DNA of 64,000 bases from an uncultured Ignavibacteriales bacterium (lineage in GTDB: Bacteria; Zixibacteria; MSB-5A5; GN15; FEB-12). The notes below the pieces were generated by a model, which worked only from the letters and a program-made list of their open reading frames with translations, made no database searches and was not told the DNA's origin. The stretch's first letter is position 1; each line of letters starts with the position of its first letter. The position numbers and the translations under genes were made by a program. The stretch is taken from the NCBI GenBank assembly GCA_964464605.1, contig CAYXJN010000002.1:124001-188000 (forward strand). Reading direction: 5' to 3'. Below, in pieces: positions 39,302 through 49,735 of this stretch.

Positions 39302-40048
39302 ATGAAAAAACAATTCCGTTTAGCCTTGGTCTTTACCGTGTTTGCCGTTCTATCCGTAGAGGCAGCTCCACGGTTGACCATGGATAATTCCACATTCGAT
39401 TTTGGGTACGTGCCGCAGAATTCGGCTATCAGCCATGATTTCTGGCTGAAATCAGCCGGTACCGACACGCTCAAGATACTGAAAGTAGTGCCTGGCTGAG
39501 GATGCACCAAGGCGCCTCTTGAAAAAGAGGTCATTGCTGTCGGTGACAGCACCCGGTTAGAAATTATCTTCCATACCAAAACGTACTCAGGTCCGACGAG
39601 TAAGCGCCCTTCTATTCAAACCAACGAAGGACCGCCGGATAAAAGCGTCCAGATCATGGCCCATGTAGTATCCCGTCCGGATTCTACCTATCCCGTTATT
39701 CTGAATCCCTACAAACTGGATATGTCCCAGTTCACCGAGAAAGTGCGGGAGAAAGTGACATTTAAAATCAATAACGTTTCTGAAAAGAAAATAAAACCGA
39801 CCCTTGTTTCGGGCGCGAGTGATTATTTCACTATCAAACTGCCCGCTTCCATAAATCCCGGTGGTTCTGCCGAAGGAACCTTAACGCTTAAACCGGCAGG
39901 GTTAAAAGGCGGGTTTGAAAAATCATTCACAATTCAACTGGATGATGACAAAAAGAGCCGGTTCACTATCCCGGTCAAACGGACCGTTAACAATGTCGGC
40001 GCTGACAGCAATAGCGTCAAGGCAACTACCTCATCTTCCGGTCATTAA
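39302..40048 (+). CDS. Secreted DUF1573 protein, paralog 3, with in-frame TGA at 39497 (probable selenocysteine, UGC motif)
   Basis: VVPG*GCTKAPLEK aligns with VVPGCSCTQMPLEK of paralog 2; the frame stays open to 40048 and joins two ORF-track fragments. Confidence 0.85.
39514..39531 (+). promoter_or_regulatory. Candidate bacterial SECIS hairpin
   Basis: GCCTCTT-GAAA-AAGAGGT; G-first loop begins 22 nt after the TGA. Confidence 0.65.
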
Positions 40049-40072
40049 ATCGTACTGAGTAGCTACCAATAA

Positions 40073-40104
40073 AAAACGGGTTACGTGTACACGTAACCCG
40101 TTTT
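40073..40104. terminator. Bidirectional terminator, perfect 32-bp palindrome
   Basis: AAAACGGGTTACGTGT/ACACGTAACCCGTTTT between convergent genes. Confidence 0.8.
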
Positions 40105-40126
40105 GCATATTAGGTGTTTTGATTGT

Positions 40127-41557
40127 TTAGTCTTGATCCTGGCGTTTGATCATGTCTGTCAGCGCTTCCTGCCAGACCTCGCTGTATACTTCCCCTTGAA
40201 CGTTGGAGTGCACTAACCGGAAATCATTGTAGCCAGTACGGTCTTCGAAGATAAAGAACTTACCTTCCTTAACTTGACGGTAATTCCAAACCTGGTACGG
40301 ATTCCCCGTACGCGGCGTCGGGAAATCATCAAGTTCATCCGGCGCGCCATAGGTCATATAAATTCGGCCCCGATCAGTCAGATAGCCGTCTGTTTTTGCT
40401 TCCCCGGTAGAAAACAATTGATTCACTTTCCGGTACCGCGCAACTAATTCTGTTTTGGTTGTATGATTGGCGGTAAGGCTTCCGGCAGCGACATCTTTCC
40501 AGTATTGATCCAGAAAGTTTCCCTGCCCTCGCTGGTCAAGGCGGTTTAACGTCTGCTTTTGGTCGGGAGTCAATATGTACATGACAATCTTCACCCGTTC
40601 CGGCAATGGTAAACTGTCATAGGCTGTTGCGATCACCTGTGTTGTGGCACCGGGTTGATCAACACGTGGGGCAATAATATGAAATGAGGCAAACACCGTG
40701 TCACGTCTGTTATTCGCTTTATCAAGCACACTGACTTCAAGAAAATAAGAACCGATCGGCCAGCCGCGAATGTCAAATTGGTCGGAGATCACAGCCGACG
40801 TACCAACTGTTGCACGGGTACGTTCCCCCAACGAAAGAAATTCGGTGCCAGCATCGTTGAGTATCCGATAGGAAACGACATGTGAACTCGGTTTGGCGGC
40901 ATCATACGAAAGATTATAAATTTCACCGTACACTGCGCCAATGCTGTCAACAGAACTAAACACAGCGCGTGGATTAGGGCGAATTCTCAATCCGTTTTTC
41001 GTCAAGCGACCGGGAATCTCCCCTTCCTCTTCTCCGATATACTCGATTCCTTCGGCAATAAGCAGACCACCCAGGGTAAGCGTATCCTTGTTCGGGGCGG
41101 GTACCATTACCCGCGGGGAAAATGCTTCCCCCTCACGCTTGCTAACCACATCGATAATGGTCAGGCGTATAGAATACAGACCCGGCTTTACCAGAATGCC
41201 TATTTTATTGAACACTGCCACCGGTACATTGGCATTGCTGTCGGCTTCAAAGGCGAAATAAGTCGTTCCGGAATCAACAGGACGTCCGAGCGAATCGATA
41301 ATGTCCAACTGCACGAAAACCCGGGTTGTTTGGTATGTTGATGCGCTATCCGGGTAGGATTGAAATTCGTGTTTTAAGACAGAGAAATATGATTCCAGCA
41401 AGGTCAGTGAATCATATTCCGGATTCGGAAATGCAACCACTCCCGCCTGCACGGTAAGGCGTCCTCCATTTTGCGCATGCGCAAATGAGATAAATGAAGC
41501 AAAAGCTACAGCAAAAAGAAAGGTGAAGCGGGACAGCTTAGAAATCAGGACGTTCAT
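40127..41557 (-). CDS. GWxTD-domain protein (GYLTD variant)
   Basis: GYLTDRGRIYMTYGAPD..PYQVWNY; signal-peptide-like N-terminus; start uncertain. Confidence 0.85.
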   Translation of the reverse strand: MNVLISKLSRFTFLFAVAFASFISFAHAQNGGRLTVQAGVVAFPNPEYDSLTLLESYFSVLKHEFQSYPDSASTYQTTRVFVQLDIIDSLGRPVDSGTTYFAFEADSNANVPVAVFNKIGILVKPGLYSIRLTIIDVVSKREGEAFSPRVMVPAPNKDTLTLGGLLIAEGIEYIGEEEGEIPGRLTKNGLRIRPNPRAVFSSVDSIGAVYGEIYNLSYDAAKPSSHVVSYRILNDAGTEFLSLGERTRATVGTSAVISDQFDIRGWPIGSYFLEVSVLDKANNRRDTVFASFHIIAPRVDQPGATTQVIATAYDSLPLPERVKIVMYILTPDQKQTLNRLDQRGQGNFLDQYWKDVAAGSLTANHTTKTELVARYRKVNQLFSTGEAKTDGYLTDRGRIYMTYGAPDELDDFPTPRTGNPYQVWNYRQVKEGKFFIFEDRTGYNDFRLVHSNVQGEVYSEVWQEALTDMIKRQDQD

Positions 41558-42884
41558 TAAGACCATCATACGGGTAGGCAAGGCGGTAATCTCCATCTCC
41601 TATTTCATCGGTAAACGTAAAGCGCCGGTAATTCCCTTTTTTGTAGTAATGCCATACCTGATAGGGATAGGTGTTGACGCTATACGGGTAATCATCAATT
41701 TTGTCCGGCTCTCCGAAACGAATGAACACTTTCCCCCGGTCAGTGCGCCATCCGGCCTGCTGTAAAAAGGCGAAACGGTCATTGGCGATTTCGATACGCA
41801 GATAAAACTCATCCCGCATCTCATTGTCCGGTGTTCCCGGGGTCGGGTCGCGTTCCTGCCAGAACCGCTCGAAGGCCTGTTTACGGGCTTCGTACGTTTC
41901 CGCTTTTTTCATCTCTTTAATGACGTCCGACTCGGTGATATAGCTTAATTGCTGCAGCGCAGTTTCGTAATCATGCTTTAAGAGCGCTTCACGCGTCCAT
42001 TGGATGTAAAAGGTCCGGATGCGGGCGTCGATTGCTTTGTATCGCTTACCGCGCAGGGTAACGGCAAGCTCATATTCACCGGGCGTGAACCCGTCGAGGG
42101 AAACCTGACGGAACTGTTTCATAGTCGGATTGGTGAAGGTTAAGTGCAGCGTATCCCGATAGACCATCTTACTCCGGTTGCGGACAATGCTTTCGACAAC
42201 AATCGTCGAATCCTTGTTTTCATCTCCGCGATACACTTCAAGGTAGTACGAAAGCCGTCCGGAATCATCGACGGAAAAGGTATGAGCGATCGACGGGATA
42301 ATCGTCATGCTCCCTTTCACGAACGTATTGGTGGTGTCCTCTGTCGCCGCTCCGGTCATTTGTACCAATTCAAGCCCCGACAAACTCGGCTTATCTTTGG
42401 TCGGTTTTTCAAGCTTCACTTTCAGTTCACGCGTTAGTACCTGCTGGCTGTTTTTGTCTCGGAGGGTAACCTCTACTTCATACTTACCGGGTGGAAGATC
42501 AAAAGCGACTTGCAGTACCCGGAAATCGGTTGCCGAGTGGGTGCGATGTTCGTTCGGAACGCGAATAGACCGGTCGATAGTTTTCGACCCGAATACCTGA
42601 TCGTCATTCCCCCGAACTACTGTCGTAATCTCGCAGGATGCCTCGTAAACGCCGTTCACGAGGTTAAAGGTTAAAAGACTCTGAAAGAGCTGATAATAGA
42701 TCTCAAGCCGAATCATACCCGCGCTGTCGGATTTAAAATCGGCATAGTCAACCAGCAATCCGGCCTTGTTTGCCGGAGCCAAAGAGCGGTGCTGAGGCGG
42801 TTCCTGCGCATTCCCTGCCGCGGCAATACAAAGCGTAACAAGGGACAGACATACTATGCGTTTGAACGGATGAAAACTCTTCAT
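41538..42884 (-). CDS. GWxTD-domain protein
   Basis: FWQERDPTPGT..NE, GWRTDRGKVFIRFGEPD. Confidence 0.9.
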   Translation of the reverse strand: MKSFHPFKRIVCLSLVTLCIAAAGNAQEPPQHRSLAPANKAGLLVDYADFKSDSAGMIRLEIYYQLFQSLLTFNLVNGVYEASCEITTVVRGNDDQVFGSKTIDRSIRVPNEHRTHSATDFRVLQVAFDLPPGKYEVEVTLRDKNSQQVLTRELKVKLEKPTKDKPSLSGLELVQMTGAATEDTTNTFVKGSMTIIPSIAHTFSVDDSGRLSYYLEVYRGDENKDSTIVVESIVRNRSKMVYRDTLHLTFTNPTMKQFRQVSLDGFTPGEYELAVTLRGKRYKAIDARIRTFYIQWTREALLKHDYETALQQLSYITESDVIKEMKKAETYEARKQAFERFWQERDPTPGTPDNEMRDEFYLRIEIANDRFAFLQQAGWRTDRGKVFIRFGEPDKIDDYPYSVNTYPYQVWHYYKKGNYRRFTFTDEIGDGDYRLAYPYDGLNERPDF

Positions 42885-42976
42885 GATACTCTTTCAACCG
42901 ACGTACAGCCGGTCAGTTCCAACTAACTGAATCAACGGGAAATCTGCAAGATTTTAATAAAATGCGGGGATTGCGC

Positions 42977-44230
42977 TTATTCGTAGCGCAGGGACTCGAT
43001 CGGGTCAAGGTTCGCCGCGCGATAGGCTGGATACAACCCGGAAACCAGACCGACTGAAACGGCGACGGTAAACCCGATAATTATCCAAAAGAGTGAAATG
43101 CCCAAAGGAAAGCCTATCAGTGCATTGATAGATACGCCCAAAATAACCCCAACCACGATACCGACAACACCGCCGGTTCCGGAAAGCGTAATTGCTTCGG
43201 TCAAAAACTGAAAAATGATATTTGCCTTTTTGGCTCCGACTGCTTTACGAATACCAATTTCCCGCGTCCTCTCGGTAACCGAAACAAGCATGATATTCAT
43301 CACCCCGATTCCGCCGACCATCAGACCGACTGAGGTAATAACCATCATCCCGATGTATATCCATTTCGTGAAATTCGCCACCATATCCTTAACGGTATCC
43401 TGCGTCGATAAATGAAAATTGTTCACTTTGTTAAAGGGAACCTGGCGGTATACACGCAGCGCGTTTATGATTTCTTCTTTCGCTGTTTCCATCTTTTCTT
43501 TCGATTCGGCCTGGGCGATCAAAAAGAGTTCTTCCTCCCAGGGATGCAGCTTTGAAAACGTAGATAAGGGAATGGCCACGGCATTGTTATCACCGTCACC
43601 TTCATCGAAATTCGCTTTTTTCTCTTCAAATACACCGATCACCAAAAAGAGGTTGCCGTTAATTCTAATCTCTTTCCCGACTGCGCTCCCGCCTTCGAAA
43701 AGCGCGCTGGAAACTTTTGAGCCGATTACACAGACCGCAGCCCGGCTGTTTTCCTCCATGTCGCTGAAAAATCTCCCCTCGCTCATTTCCTGATTTACGA
43801 CTCTCGGATACGCAGGCCAGGTACCGAACAAGTTTGGGCGGCTTGCTTTATTGCTGCCGTATTTGACCTCATTCCCGCCTGGTTTAAAATAGAAATTCTG
43901 CGGGGCAACGCCGCTAATAGCCGGACAGTTATCTAAGATAGCCCGCGCTTCCCCTTCCGTAATAGCCGGACGGTTTCGATCCTCTTCGGACAATTCATCC
44001 CAATCGACGTTAAAGGGGAGCTTGGTTATGTATATGCTGTTACCGCCCCAAGAATCAATCTGCTCATTAAGCGCACCGTTCAAGCCGTTGATAACTGATG
44101 CAAACGTGATGACGGAACAGACACCGATCATAACACCCAAAATAGTCAGTCCGGCGCGGAATTTATTCGAACGCAGTGAGCCGAATGCCATCAGCATTGC
44201 TTCCCGCGCTTCTGTCCATGACATCAACAT
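42977..44230 (-). CDS. MacB/FtsX-type ABC permease
   Basis: [29 protein letters not shown]. Confidence 0.93.
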   Translation of the reverse strand: MLMSWTEAREAMLMAFGSLRSNKFRAGLTILGVMIGVCSVITFASVINGLNGALNEQIDSWGGNSIYITKLPFNVDWDELSEEDRNRPAITEGEARAILDNCPAISGVAPQNFYFKPGGNEVKYGSNKASRPNLFGTWPAYPRVVNQEMSEGRFFSDMEENSRAAVCVIGSKVSSALFEGGSAVGKEIRINGNLFLVIGVFEEKKANFDEGDGDNNAVAIPLSTFSKLHPWEEELFLIAQAESKEKMETAKEEIINALRVYRQVPFNKVNNFHLSTQDTVKDMVANFTKWIYIGMMVITSVGLMVGGIGVMNIMLVSVTERTREIGIRKAVGAKKANIIFQFLTEAITLSGTGGVVGIVVGVILGVSINALIGFPLGISLFWIIIGFTVAVSVGLVSGLYPAYRAANLDPIESLRYE

Positions 44231-44238
44231 ATCGTTTT

Positions 44239-45462
44239 CTACTCGTAACTTAAGGCTTTAATCGGGTCCAGTCGAGCCGCTTTCATGGCAGGATAAATTC
44301 CGAAAATCAGTCCGATGCCGGTCGAAACCGAAAGCCCCGAGAAAATAGCGAACGCGGAGGGAGAAATATCCATCCCCAGCGCTCCCAATCCCCATTTGGC
44401 CAGCATATAACCGACTAAGATTCCAATCAACCCGCCGGTAAGCGTAGTAATCAATGATTCAAAAAGAAACTGCAGCATAATATGCCCCTGCTTGGCACCG
44501 ACTGATTTGCGAATACCGATTTCCCGCGTCCGTTCGGTGACCGACACCATCATGATATTCATCACCACGATTCCTCCCACAACAAGCGAAATAGAGGAAA
44601 TACCGACCAGTGCAACCCGAAAGGTCCGGGTAATACTATTTAACGTATCGATGACGTTGTCGGCAGTAAGGATATCAAAATCATCAGGTTTGTTAAACGG
44701 AACGTTACGATAGGAGCGAAGAATGACCCGCACCTGGTCAATCGCCTCTTGCATCCGCTCTTCGGAGACTGCTTTAACAAAGTAGGTAAGCCGCTCCCGA
44801 CGTTCACCGAACACCCGGTTAAAGGTCGAAATCGGAATACGCACAAAGTTATCCTGATTGTTCCCGAATGACGATCCCTTTTTCTTGGCTACGCCGATAA
44901 CCGTAAACGGATAGCCGTTGATTCGAATTTCCTTGCCGATCGGGTCGACGCCGGAGAAAAACTCTTCCCGCACAAAATCACCGATATAGGCAACCGGACG
45001 ATGGTATAAATCGTCTTCCCGAGTGATGAACCTCCCTTGAACGACATTCATGTCTACGATATCGACCAGAGTATGTTCGCTGCCGCCGATGGAAACATTG
45101 TTTAAGCTCTTAGTACCCGCTTTGAGTTTCGCGGAGGCAGAATTACGCAGTGACATGGTTTCACACAAGTCACAGCCTTCTTGGATGTACAACGGAGCAC
45201 GGTAATCAAGCTGCTTGCGCTTCATTTTCTCCCACCACATTTCGTCTGAGAGTACCATTCCCATCTTGCTGACGACAAAAGTCGCAGGTCCCATCGCCCG
45301 GATATCTTTCACTATTTCTTCCTGGATTCCTTCCAGGGCAGATACGATAGTCATAACAGACATGACGCCGACAAGTACGCCTAAGAGCGTTAAACCGCTA
45401 CGAAGCTTATTCGCCCACAGTGACTGAAAGGCCAGCCCTAAAAGCGGTGCGATCATGCTCAT
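44239..45462 (-). CDS. MacB/FtsX-type ABC permease
   Basis: [29 protein letters not shown]. Confidence 0.93.
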   Translation of the reverse strand: MSMIAPLLGLAFQSLWANKLRSGLTLLGVLVGVMSVMTIVSALEGIQEEIVKDIRAMGPATFVVSKMGMVLSDEMWWEKMKRKQLDYRAPLYIQEGCDLCETMSLRNSASAKLKAGTKSLNNVSIGGSEHTLVDIVDMNVVQGRFITREDDLYHRPVAYIGDFVREEFFSGVDPIGKEIRINGYPFTVIGVAKKKGSSFGNNQDNFVRIPISTFNRVFGERRERLTYFVKAVSEERMQEAIDQVRVILRSYRNVPFNKPDDFDILTADNVIDTLNSITRTFRVALVGISSISLVVGGIVVMNIMMVSVTERTREIGIRKSVGAKQGHIMLQFLFESLITTLTGGLIGILVGYMLAKWGLGALGMDISPSAFAIFSGLSVSTGIGLIFGIYPAMKAARLDPIKALSYE

Positions 45463-46169
45463 GCGATTAACTTAGCGCGTTTTTCTTCGGGAATTAGTTC
45501 ATCACTTGCGATCTGGCCGTCACGAATCGACAGAATCCGTTTAGCGTGTTCAGCGATATCACGTTCGTGGGTCACGACGATAATCGTATTCCCTTGCCGA
45601 TGCAGGTGTTCAACCAGCCGCATGATTTCCAGTGAGGTTTTACTGTCCAAATTACCGGTCGGCTCGTCTGCAAGTAACAATGACGGATTATTCACTAAAG
45701 CTCGTGCAATCGCAACACGTTGGCGCTGACCGCCGGAAAGTTCATTGGGTTTGTGGGTCATACGGTCAGTCAGTTCAACTTTTTTAAGCGCCTGAATCGC
45801 CATCTCTTTTCGTTCATGCGCCGGAGTACCGTTGTAAATAAGCGGAAGCTCGACATTGCTCAGTGCCGTAGCTCTGGCTAACAAGTTAAATGTCTGGAAC
45901 ACGAAACCGATTTCACGATTGCGGATCGCCGCCAGTTCATCATCACTCATCGTGCTGACTTTTTTTCCGTTGAGAATATAGTCACCCTGTGTAGGCGTAT
46001 CGAGGCAGCCGATCAAGTTCATAAGCGTCGATTTGCCGGAACCGGAAGGTCCCATGATGGCGACATACTCCCCTTTTTGGATGGAGATAGATACACCGCG
46101 AAGCGCGTGCACCTCTTCGCTTCCCATCTTATAGGTTTTCCACAGATCGTGCGTTTCAATAAGCGCCAT
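45459..46169 (-). CDS. ABC ATP-binding protein (MacB/LolD type)
   Basis: [28 protein letters not shown]. Confidence 0.96.
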   Translation of the reverse strand: MALIETHDLWKTYKMGSEEVHALRGVSISIQKGEYVAIMGPSGSGKSTLMNLIGCLDTPTQGDYILNGKKVSTMSDDELAAIRNREIGFVFQTFNLLARATALSNVELPLIYNGTPAHERKEMAIQALKKVELTDRMTHKPNELSGGQRQRVAIARALVNNPSLLLADEPTGNLDSKTSLEIMRLVEHLHRQGNTIIVVTHERDIAEHAKRILSIRDGQIASDELIPEEKRAKLIA

Positions 46170-46170
46170 A

Positions 46171-47517
46171 TCAGTTATTGCCTTCGCCTGATTCTTTATT
46201 GCCTTCCAGCTTAGGAGCAAGCTTCACGAAGTCACCATCTTTGATAGTACGCAGTTTTGCATACGGACCGGTGATGACAGTATCAGATGCAGTAAGACCA
46301 TTAGTAACTTCAATATGCTGGCGGTCGGCGATGCCGGTTTCAACTTTTACGAACACCGCTTTACCGTCACGAACAACGTACACGCCCTTGATTTCTTCTT
46401 TTTCTTTTTCATCTCCGGGCAAGAGTTCATCGTTTTCATTCGCTTCGGCGGCATGAGCAGTAGCGACAGTACTACTTTCAGAACTGTCTTGAGAAGATGC
46501 CGTTACCTCGCTTTTTGCTTTATTCAGCGAGTCTTTGTCGAACTCACGGACAACCACCGAACTGTACGGAACCGAAAGTGAGTTTTCGCGTGCATTGGTT
46601 GTAATATCCACGTTCGCCGACATACCGGGACGAAGTTTAACCGTCGGCTGCTTGAATACTACTTTCACCCGGAAATTGGTCGATTGCTCCGAGCTGCCGG
46701 TATTCGCCAAGATAGCGGTGTTGCCGATTTCAACCACTTCACCCTTAAAGACTGAATCCGGAAATGCATCGACTTCGATATCGGAAGCCTGTCCCATTTC
46801 GACCAGGCCGACTTCTGTTTCGTCGACTTCCACTTCAACTTCATACGAATCCAGATTGGAGATTGTCATGAGCGTTTTGCCCTGCGTGAACGATGTCTGC
46901 GCAGGTGCGATTTCTCCAACTTCACAGTCGACAAGAGTAATAATGCCGGTCATCGGCGCTTTGATACGGGTCTTGCGCAGGTTGTCGACCTGTTGTTCAT
47001 ATCTGGCGTTTGCCTGTTTGGCTTGCGCCTGAAGCGCCAAGTATGAGGACTTCGCATTTGTGTATTCATACTTGGCATCGGTAAATGCCTGCTCCGAGGT
47101 CAGCTTGGACTCATGCAGTTTTTCCTGACGCTTGAATTCAGTTTCCGCCTGTTCCAGAAATGATTTCTGACCTTCAAGCCGGGCGTTGATTTCAGTCATA
47201 GAAAAGGCCGCCTGTTCGACATCCGAATGAAGCTGAATGGTATCAAGAACGATGAGCAGATCACCTTCCTTCACGTAATCCCCTTCTTTCGCCGCCAACT
47301 GGATAATCTGTCCGTTAATCTGAGACGTAATATCCACTTTAGTCTGCGGCTGGATTCGCCCGGAAGCAGAGACTTTCTGCACCAGTTTTCGTTCAATGGC
47401 TTTTTCGGCCTGAATTTCCACTCCTTTGGTCGTATCCCTTGTTAACTGGATAACAACGACAGCGATTATTAACAGGGCGAGTGGAATTCCTACCAGAAGT
47501 TTCGTTCGTTTGGTCAT
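46171..47517 (-). CDS. Periplasmic adaptor (MacA/HlyD-type membrane fusion protein)
   Basis: N-terminal TM, lipoyl/hairpin architecture, LRPGMSA. Confidence 0.92.
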   Translation of the reverse strand: MTKRTKLLVGIPLALLIIAVVVIQLTRDTTKGVEIQAEKAIERKLVQKVSASGRIQPQTKVDITSQINGQIIQLAAKEGDYVKEGDLLIVLDTIQLHSDVEQAAFSMTEINARLEGQKSFLEQAETEFKRQEKLHESKLTSEQAFTDAKYEYTNAKSSYLALQAQAKQANARYEQQVDNLRKTRIKAPMTGIITLVDCEVGEIAPAQTSFTQGKTLMTISNLDSYEVEVEVDETEVGLVEMGQASDIEVDAFPDSVFKGEVVEIGNTAILANTGSSEQSTNFRVKVVFKQPTVKLRPGMSANVDITTNARENSLSVPYSSVVVREFDKDSLNKAKSEVTASSQDSSESSTVATAHAAEANENDELLPGDEKEKEEIKGVYVVRDGKAVFVKVETGIADRQHIEVTNGLTASDTVITGPYAKLRTIKDGDFVKLAPKLEGNKESGEGNN

Positions 47518-47556
47518 ACGTGAGGCACCTAAGCTTTCATCTCTATTGCAATAATC

Positions 47557-48819
47557 CTATTTCTTACCCATCGCATTTTCAAGCTGCGCGACCGCGACAT
47601 TCAAATCGAAGTTCGCCTGTACTAAATCGGTTTCCGCCTGCTTGAGCGAAACCTGCGCATTCAACAGATCGAGAATCGTTGCTGCACCGAGATTGTATTT
47701 CTCCTGTGTGATCTTCAAATCCTCTTCCGCCGACGCGACATTTTCCTGTGCAACCTGTCTTTGTTCTTTCAACTGCTCAATGTTCAGATACGCGGCTTTA
47801 ATTGTCTGCACCGTCGCGTTCTTCGTATCTGAATAGACAGCCATAGCATTGTTACGGAAAACACGGGCAGATGTTACCTGCTGTTCCCGCCGAAATCCGT
47901 CAAAAATCGTCCAATTGATGCCTAATCCTAACGTGAAGCTCTTACTTTCAAAGCTCGGATCAGAAAGGTTATAGCTGGCGGAGCCACCAATGGTGGGCAG
48001 ATATAAAGAACGGGCTGCCCGCAGATCACTTTTAGTCACACTGACTTCTTTTTCAGCCGCGAGAACGTCCGGGCTGTTTTCCAAACCGAACTTGATGGCA
48101 TCATCAAGCGTCCCGGCAAAATCACCCGATTCATTGCTGCGAACGAAAGTAACGTCAACATTCGGGTCCATGCCGATGGTGTACGATAGATCAGCACGGG
48201 AAGTTACTACCGCATTTTTTGCACGAAGCAATTCCAATTGATCACTGCCTGACTGCACCCGCTGTTTGAGCACGTCGGATTTGGAAGCTGAACCTAAATC
48301 AAATTTAGACTGGATGAGCTTTAACTGCTCTTCACTCCGCTTAACTGCCTCTTCCTGCACTGCTACATTTTCGATGCTGTTTAAGTGGGCATAAAATGCC
48401 AACTTAACCGAATAAATTAAATCCTGCTCGGAACTGAGAACATCGAGCTTGGCCCGTTCCAGTGATGCTTTCGCCGAGGCATACGAAAAGAAATTCGAGA
48501 AATCCAAAAGCGCCATATCCGATGATATGGAGATAGATCTGCCGTCGGTTTTCAGATCATTGCCGCTTGAATCAACATCATAAAACTTCGTTTCCGACCA
48601 GTTGTATCGGGCAGACAGTGACGGTAAAAACGCACCTAAGGCACTTCTTTTTCCGGCCGCTGCTATTTCAGCAGAACCGCGAGCCTGAATAATCGAGGCA
48701 CGTGTTTTCAGCGCCTGCTCAATGCTTTGCTCCAATGTCATTTCCGCAGCCGAAACAACCCCGCCGGCCAACAACCCAACTGCGGTAAGTAATGTCAATC
48801 CAATGTAACGCAATTTCAT
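47557..48819 (-). CDS. TolC-family outer-membrane channel
   Basis: Signal peptide; two OEP repeats (LPSLS / YLPTIG; KYNLGAATILDLL.AQ). Confidence 0.92.
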   Translation of the reverse strand: MKLRYIGLTLLTAVGLLAGGVVSAAEMTLEQSIEQALKTRASIIQARGSAEIAAAGKRSALGAFLPSLSARYNWSETKFYDVDSSGNDLKTDGRSISISSDMALLDFSNFFSYASAKASLERAKLDVLSSEQDLIYSVKLAFYAHLNSIENVAVQEEAVKRSEEQLKLIQSKFDLGSASKSDVLKQRVQSGSDQLELLRAKNAVVTSRADLSYTIGMDPNVDVTFVRSNESGDFAGTLDDAIKFGLENSPDVLAAEKEVSVTKSDLRAARSLYLPTIGGSASYNLSDPSFESKSFTLGLGINWTIFDGFRREQQVTSARVFRNNAMAVYSDTKNATVQTIKAAYLNIEQLKEQRQVAQENVASAEEDLKITQEKYNLGAATILDLLNAQVSLKQAETDLVQANFDLNVAVAQLENAMGKK

Positions 48820-48830
48820 TCCTATTCTCC

Positions 48831-49550
48831 TTATGCGGCTAAACTCATTACCCAAGAAAACAGTACGTGAATCACCGCCAGTAAACCCATCGATAAGACC
48901 GACATGAGGTAACCTTTGTTGCGGGGGAAACCGTACATAATTGCCAATCCGATTCCGATGACAATAATTTCCCATATATGAAAGACACTTATTTTGGACA
49001 GTGCTATAAAAAGCGGGCTTTCCAAGCTCGGATCAGGCAAAAGCGCCGCTAATGAAAATGATACAAACAATGATTCTTTCATCAGTGCGAGCGGAGCCGT
49101 GATCAGCATTCCGGTCAGAAAGACAATCTCGCCATACAATGTCACTGAAAGGACTCGCTTAAAGGAAGATTTACCTGCAAACACGAAGTTTCCCCAAAAC
49201 AAGGCCAAGAGCGCACCGAGTAATGGAATAAGCATCAGGGTAAATGTCCCAAAACCGAGAATCATCCCCTTCATCGTTGAGTCTCCCGGCATCAACTCAC
49301 CTTGTGTTTCCATCTGACGTTGATACTGCGGAGCGGCTTTTTGCGCTTCAAGAATAAGATCAACCAGCAAAAATAATCCGATCAGCCCGATTAACGCCAA
49401 TACGAGATAGGGAACGAGAACTTTTGGGTTTTCTTTCAGCTCGGTAAATAAACGGGATGGTGCATAAAACACTTCCGCTATCCCCCGCAAAGACAATGAT
49501 CCGGATCTTTTGGCTTCAGACTGCGCTGCTCCTGCCTCATTACCGTTCAT
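48831..49550 (-). CDS. Yip1-family membrane protein
   Basis: VFYAPSRLF, 4-5 TM segments, SVFHIW; first gene of the exporter operon. Confidence 0.8.
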   Translation of the reverse strand: MNGNEAGAAQSEAKRSGSLSLRGIAEVFYAPSRLFTELKENPKVLVPYLVLALIGLIGLFLLVDLILEAQKAAPQYQRQMETQGELMPGDSTMKGMILGFGTFTLMLIPLLGALLALFWGNFVFAGKSSFKRVLSVTLYGEIVFLTGMLITAPLALMKESLFVSFSLAALLPDPSLESPLFIALSKISVFHIWEIIVIGIGLAIMYGFPRNKGYLMSVLSMGLLAVIHVLFSWVMSLAA

Positions 49551-49680
49551 AACAATTTCCTCCATGTTCCTTGTAAACGGAATCACCTAGTCAAAGTTTC
49601 AAACAGAATGAGAAAGATACACAGGAACAGCCAGTGGCACAAGGGAATCCGAAGTAAGTAATTTGCCGGAAAACCCCCAA

Positions 49681-49715
49681 AAAAGAACCGCCGGTCAAAT
49701 GAAACCGGCGGTTCT
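49681..49715 (-). terminator. Intrinsic terminator
   Basis: AGAACCGCCGGT/ACCGGCGGTTCT stem with a U-tract on the minus strand. Confidence 0.7.
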
Positions 49716-49735
49716 CTTAACATTCAAGTTTCGTT

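Noticed and set aside
39497..39499. Genome-wide UGA reassignment (code 4 or 25)
   Set aside because: TGA terminates conserved genes in this window, and no other conserved gene shows an internal TGA.
40073..40104. Perfect palindrome as a recombination site or mobile end
   Set aside because: It sits between convergent genes with A/T tails, so a bidirectional terminator explains it.
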